A stretch of 64,000 bases of DNA, from the NCBI GenBank assembly GCA_963716175.1, contig OY970296.1, positions 3,104,001-3,168,000 of the forward strand. The letters run 5' to 3'. A model generated the notes under the pieces. It ran no database searches, had not been told where the DNA came from, and saw nothing but the letters and a program-made list of their open reading frames with translations. This document shows, piece after piece, positions 60,601 through 64,000 of this stretch. Both the position numbers and the translations under genes were made by a program. Positions within the stretch are counted from its first letter, which is position 1, and each line of letters begins with the position of its first letter. The stretch is from an uncultured Armatimonadetes bacterium (lineage in GTDB: Bacteria > Armatimonadota > Hebobacteria > Hebobacterales > Hebobacteraceae).

Positions 60601-61214
60601 TCCTCCCCAAACAGCTCCACTCGCACCGGCCAGGGAGCGCCCGTCGGATAGATATCTACCACCCCGCCGCGGACCCCGATCTCCCCGGGGGCCTCCACCA
60701 TCTCCTCCCGCTGATAGCCCAGCTCGAGCAGGCGACGTACCAGGGCCTCGCGGTCCACCGAGTCTCCGACCGTGAACGAGAGGAAGGCGGACCGCATCGC
60801 CTCCGGCGGCAGGCAGCGCTGGAACGCGGCCGGCGCGCTCGCCACGACCACCACCGGCTCCCCGTCGAGGAGCTTCCTCAGCGCGAGCTGGCGGTCTCCC
60901 ACCAGACGGGGATCGGGCGCGATGTCCTCAAAGAGCAGCGCCTCCAGGGAGGGGAGCTGCAGGACGGGCGTTCCCACGCCCGCCTCGGGGGCCACCGCGA
61001 GAATGTCCTCGTACAACCGCTCTGCTGATTCGCTGGTGGCCGAGATCACCAGTAACGGGCCCCGGGAGGCGCGTGCGAGCCTGGCGATGACCAAAGCCTT
61101 GACCGGCTCGATCACCCCATCCACGCGCACTCGGGAGACGCCCGGCGACGCGAGCCCCTCCTCGATCTTGCCCAGATCCGCCCAGTCGTCGAGGGCGGAC
61201 AACAACCAGCTCAT
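57630..61214 (-). CDS. mfd: Transcription-repair coupling factor Mfd
   Basis: GDYVVH..HGIG, CGDVGYGKTEVA, DEEQRFG, ATPIPRT, QLRGRVGR, DLEIRGAGN; upstream TTGACT-N18-TATACT. Confidence 0.97.
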   Translation of the reverse strand: MSWLLSALDDWADLGKIEEGLASPGVSRVRVDGVIEPVKALVIARLARASRGPLLVISATSESAERLYEDILAVAPEAGVGTPVLQLPSLEALLFEDIAPDPRLVGDRQLALRKLLDGEPVVVVASAPAAFQRCLPPEAMRSAFLSFTVGDSVDREALVRRLLELGYQREEMVEAPGEIGVRGGVVDIYPTGAPWPVRVELFGEEIESIRTFDPGTQRSIAPVERVSVLPAREVLLTEEAVARAVPRIEQALAQQAEVLRADGKDLEAERLEERIRDLLEALRQQAYARGLEYFLPFLYPEPATALDYLPPQATIVVDEPGRLVDHYNEFQQDLVEVGVSRLDQGLLLPLPDALHLPLEGAQRRLDKSRVIELCLVGGTPEKRGTRRVGISSQRMDEFAGDFERLTRDLRRWQQLSARVLIATRQADRLIEVLDEFGMGGMVREEPGVEPRPGQIVISERPLNEGFHLPSVGLAALTDREIFGWRRLRRPLRRRAAEGVPIGSLTDLNPGDYVVHINHGIGIYRGLVRRTAEDAEREFLLVEYAENDRLYVPTDQFDRVQKYLGGEEERPQVHRLGGSEWERTKRRAKKSAQELAEELVRIYAARQRQPGHAFAPDTPWQREMEDGFEYEETPDQLTAIEAVKQDMETPRPMDRLICGDVGYGKTEVAIRAAFKAVMDGKQVAVLVPTTVLAQQHYTTFRERLVPYPVRVELLSRFRSRKQQTRTVADLAAGAVDIIIGTHRLLSRDIKFKDLGLVVVDEEQRFGVRHKEKLKQLRATVDVLTMTATPIPRTLHMALSGIRDMSLINDPPEGRTAIITRALERDDGIVREAILRELDRGGQVYYVHNRVESINHVAQHVRQLIPHARFVVAHGQMEERQLESAMLDFYTGDAQVLVCTTIVENGLDIPNANTLVVSDSDRLGLAQLYQLRGRVGRSNRQAYAYLMWTPFKRLTEQAEKRIAAIREFSELGSGFKIAMRDLEIRGAGNLLGPEQHGFVSAVGLELYLQMLQDAVQEAKGEAPVERPQVSVDLPVEAYLPADYAPDLNQRIDLYRRLASAPDQQRLEALEAEIADRFGRPPPEPVQNLVRLARLKVRCAAAGVQSITTELNLMSLRLTDDRRLTALLVQKLQRALPAEMRIWLALTQHDRVVVSRRKADTNGLFTRLEQVLDQLALLPLTEEARRHDRREQAIARL

Positions 61215-61266
61215 CTCAGTTCGAGTATAGCACTGAGGTCTACGGGCAGTCAACGAAATGGCCTCT

Positions 61267-61381
61267 GTAGGGCGGGCATGTCGGAGGGCAGCTCTGATGC
61301 CCGGAGCATGCCCGCCGTCTCCCGCTTGCGGCGGGCATGCGTCCACCCGCGGCCGGCGGGTGTCCGACATGCCCGCCCCAC
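61267..61381. repeat. Inverted REP doublet (REPIN-like)
   Basis: GTAGGGCGGGCATGTCGGA...GCATGCCCGCCG (+) and GTGGGGCGGGCATGTCGGA...GCATGCCCGCCG (-). Confidence 0.85.
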
Positions 61382-61450
61382 AGTAGGGCCGAGGAGGAAT
61401 GAGAGCCCCTGCCACTGAATCCTCGCGGCAGCCCCGAAGGGAGTAACGCA

Positions 61451-63253
61451 GTGGTCCAATTCGAAGCGTCTGCCGCTTTCACATTCGTGGCTGTCGCACT
61501 CGCGTTCTCGCAGATGTGTGGCGCCGGAGGCAAGGTGGAGCCGGACTCAGGCGGGAGGGTCATCTACGTCGCGCTCGGCGGCAAGGCTGGCGCGGCCGGT
61601 ACGCGGGAGGCGCCCCTTGGACGGGTGCAAGCGGCCCTGGAGCTCGCCCGCGCTGCGGACAGCGTGCACCTCGCTGCCGGCGTGTATAGGGAGCGGGTCG
61701 CGTTCAAGCATGGCGGCGTGTACGGGAAGCCCGTCACCCTGGAGGGAGATCCCGGCGCCGTGCTCGATGGCAGCGAGCCGGTGGCGCTGCACTGGACGCG
61801 TGCCGAGGATATCGCGCCCGGCGTCTGGCGCGCCAGCGTGTCATTCTTCCCCTTCACGGTCACGGCCGATGGCAAGCTCGTTACGGCTCTGGACGAAGAG
61901 CGCGTGGATCCGAAGCAGACCGAGAAGACGGAGTGGCAATGGCCCAACATCTTCAAGAACGGCGTCGGCCCCTCAAAATGGGAGGGCGTGAAGGCGCTGG
62001 TGATGTACCGGCACGAGCAGCACGAACTGCTGATCCGGTTCAAGCAGAACCTTGACCCGCGCACGATGGCCATCACGGTTGCGCCGCAGGAGCCGGTCGT
62101 CCGCATCTCCGGCACGAATCGCTGCGTCGTCCGCGGGCTGGCGCTCCGCAACGCGACCTACGGCGTCCGCATCGAGAATTCAGTGGGGTCGGTTGTTGAG
62201 AACTGCGTCATCGGCCCCACCGACTTTGGCGTGATGATGGGGGACGGCGCTGACCGGTGCACGATCCGGTTCAATGAGATCTTCATGAACCCATATGCGG
62301 GCGCCAGCCCGAAACTCGAGGGATCCTGGGATAACTGGCTGGCCCATAAGGAGGGCGGCTTCTACGATCGCACCGGCATCTCCGTGCTCGCCTCTGCGGG
62401 CGGCCACCAGATCCACGACAACTACATCCACGATCACTGGGACGGAATCGAGGACCTGTTCTACCACGAGGAGAAGGGCCGCGACCACGATCTCAACATC
62501 CACCACAATCGCATCTTCAACATCTCCGATGATGGTCTGGAGCCCAACGGCGAAGAGGTCAACTGCGAGTGGCATGACAACATCGTCGAGGGCTGCATCT
62601 GCGGCTTCCGCATCAAGGCCCCGCGGGTCGGTCCGCTCTACGCTTACCGCAATATCTTCCTCGACAACGGCGAGGACTACCGGAATTTCGGCGGCGGCAA
62701 CCCCATGCTGCCCGCGACCGTCTATGTCTACCAGAACACCTCCACCGCGAAGCCAGCAATCAGTCACTCGGAGATCACCGGCATCGGCACCCCCAACTAC
62801 CATTTCTACAACAACCTGTTCTGGTGCGAGTATCCGCTCATGGTGTCGCGCCGGTCTACGCCGCCCAACTGGACCGCCGACTACAACGTCTACGTCCGCA
62901 GGGAGGACGACGACCGCTGGCAGGAGCGAAAGCAGCAGGTGGAGAGCATGAAGCAGGATGCGCACAGCCTCTGGGTCGAGACCGGCGGCCCTGGGTTCGC
63001 GGACTTCACCAAGCAAGATGTCAGCTTGACTCCCGACAGCCCCGCCCGGGCCCGAGGCGCGGACCTCTCGAAGCTTTTCGGCAAACCTCTGCCGGGTTGC
63101 GAGCCGGGTTACTTCACAGGCCCCGCTCCCGACTGCGGGGCGCTCCAGTTCGGCCAGCCCATGCCGCGGGTGCCGCGAAGGCCGGAGGAGGTGAATGCTC
63201 CGCCCGCAGGCTCCTGGCCCGGGCCGGAAGCGGATTCGCCGGCGCCTCTGTAG
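61451..63253 (+). CDS. Secreted right-handed beta-helix (pectin-lyase-like) protein
   Basis: Signal-like N-terminus; YVA..G.....GT...P..VQ.A....GVYRE; Asn-ladder repeats; C-terminal PDCGALQ. Confidence 0.85.
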   Translation: MVQFEASAAFTFVAVALAFSQMCGAGGKVEPDSGGRVIYVALGGKAGAAGTREAPLGRVQAALELARAADSVHLAAGVYRERVAFKHGGVYGKPVTLEGDPGAVLDGSEPVALHWTRAEDIAPGVWRASVSFFPFTVTADGKLVTALDEERVDPKQTEKTEWQWPNIFKNGVGPSKWEGVKALVMYRHEQHELLIRFKQNLDPRTMAITVAPQEPVVRISGTNRCVVRGLALRNATYGVRIENSVGSVVENCVIGPTDFGVMMGDGADRCTIRFNEIFMNPYAGASPKLEGSWDNWLAHKEGGFYDRTGISVLASAGGHQIHDNYIHDHWDGIEDLFYHEEKGRDHDLNIHHNRIFNISDDGLEPNGEEVNCEWHDNIVEGCICGFRIKAPRVGPLYAYRNIFLDNGEDYRNFGGGNPMLPATVYVYQNTSTAKPAISHSEITGIGTPNYHFYNNLFWCEYPLMVSRRSTPPNWTADYNVYVRREDDDRWQERKQQVESMKQDAHSLWVETGGPGFADFTKQDVSLTPDSPARARGADLSKLFGKPLPGCEPGYFTGPAPDCGALQFGQPMPRVPRRPEEVNAPPAGSWPGPEADSPAPL

Positions 63254-63325
63254 GGCGGGCATCCACAGTAGCCCTTGGCGAAGGCGGATGCCCGCCGGTG
63301 GCGGGCGTGGGCACGCCCGCCCTAC
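63250..63325. repeat. Inverted REP doublet overlapping stop codon
   Basis: GTAGGGCGGGCATCC...GGATGCCCGCCG (+) and GTAGGGCGGGCGTGCCCACGCCCGCC (-). Confidence 0.85.
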
Positions 63326-63398
63326 ACTTTCTTGCTTGGCCGCCATCACTCTGCTATCATCTCACTGGCTCAATCCAGTCCCAGGCTGGCGTGCTTCC

Positions 63399-63818
63399 GT
63401 GGTCATCATCGGCATCGTCTTGCCCATACTAGCCTTCGTTCTCGTCTTGGTCCTGGCGGGAGAGATCAGCCGCTTCAAGTCGGGCCGGCACTTGATCTCT
63501 CCCCGCCGCCTCGCGCTTCGCCTGGTGGCGGGCCTGCTCTTGCTGATGTTGCTGGCGGGGGTGTTCGTGGGCCTCTTCGTGCTGCGGCTGCGTGAGGTCG
63601 GGGCGCGACCCGAGCTCTTCGTCGTGTTCTGGTCAGCTTGTCTACTCATAGCAGTGGCGCTGATCCTGGTCATGCTGGCCGACATGAGAGAGGTGGGAGA
63701 GCGCTACACCCAGCGCCAGCACGAGATCTGGCGCGACCTCGCCGGCCACCTCGCCAAGTCCGTGCCTCAGCTCAGGCTCCCGCAGGACGCGGCCGGCAAG
63801 GACGAACGCAAAGAATGA
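63399..63818 (+). CDS. Hypothetical three-TM membrane protein
   Basis: Three hydrophobic segments; upstream TTGCTT-N17-TATCAT. Confidence 0.7.
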   Translation: MVIIGIVLPILAFVLVLVLAGEISRFKSGRHLISPRRLALRLVAGLLLLMLLAGVFVGLFVLRLREVGARPELFVVFWSACLLIAVALILVMLADMREVGERYTQRQHEIWRDLAGHLAKSVPQLRLPQDAAGKDERKE

Positions 63819-64000
63819 GCGAGGCCGATCAGGCCGCCGGGCCGGCCGCGGTCGGGTCCCGGGCCGGAACCTGGATGCGGCGCGCGCTCCGGCTGGCGGC
63901 GCGGGGCCGGGGCTGGACCGGCCCCAACCCCATGGTCGGCGCGGTGGTGGTGAAGCGCGGCCGCCTGCTGGGCGAGGGCTATCATCACGAAGTGGGCGGC
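63815..64000 (+). CDS. ribD: Riboflavin biosynthesis protein RibD, 3'-truncated by window
   Basis: WMRRALRLAARGRGWTGPNPMVGAVVVKRGRLLGEGYHH. Confidence 0.92.
   Translation, partial: MSEADQAAGPAAVGSRAGTWMRRALRLAARGRGWTGPNPMVGAVVVKRGRLLGEGYHHEVGG

Overview
GC-rich bacterial chromosome segment. Gene content and style suggest an Armatimonadota-like Terrabacteria genome (inference, not verified). Housekeeping backbone: UPF0182, ruvCAB, xerC, an RND efflux pair, an ECF sigma/anti-sigma pair, an MreB-like gene, aconitase, ftsY, ffh-rpsP-KH-ylqD-rimM-trmD, a full F1Fo atp operon, murA, rplS-lepB-lepB-rnhB, rpoZ-dnaJ, PSP1/RicT, mfd and the start of ribD. Five genes carry single-base frameshifts, most likely sequencing or assembly indels. 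No rRNA, tRNA or CRISPR array was seen. The unusual content is a dense small mobilome. (1) A 126-bp TA-flanked MITE-like element in 3 full copies plus 1 mini copy; its terminal hairpin varies between copies by compensatory changes. (2) A RAYT (HUH Y1) transposase with about 13 GTAG/GTGG-type REP hairpins. These have variable loop cargo, one lies in frame inside the RAYT gene, and REP pairs bracket foreign genes or gene fragments. (3) An accessory island at 44.05-47 kb with a perfect 17-bp inverted repeat around a secreted repeat-protein gene, three XerC-arm-like motifs and two truncated gene starts. There are also candidate structured leaders before ffh, the atp operon and rpoZ.
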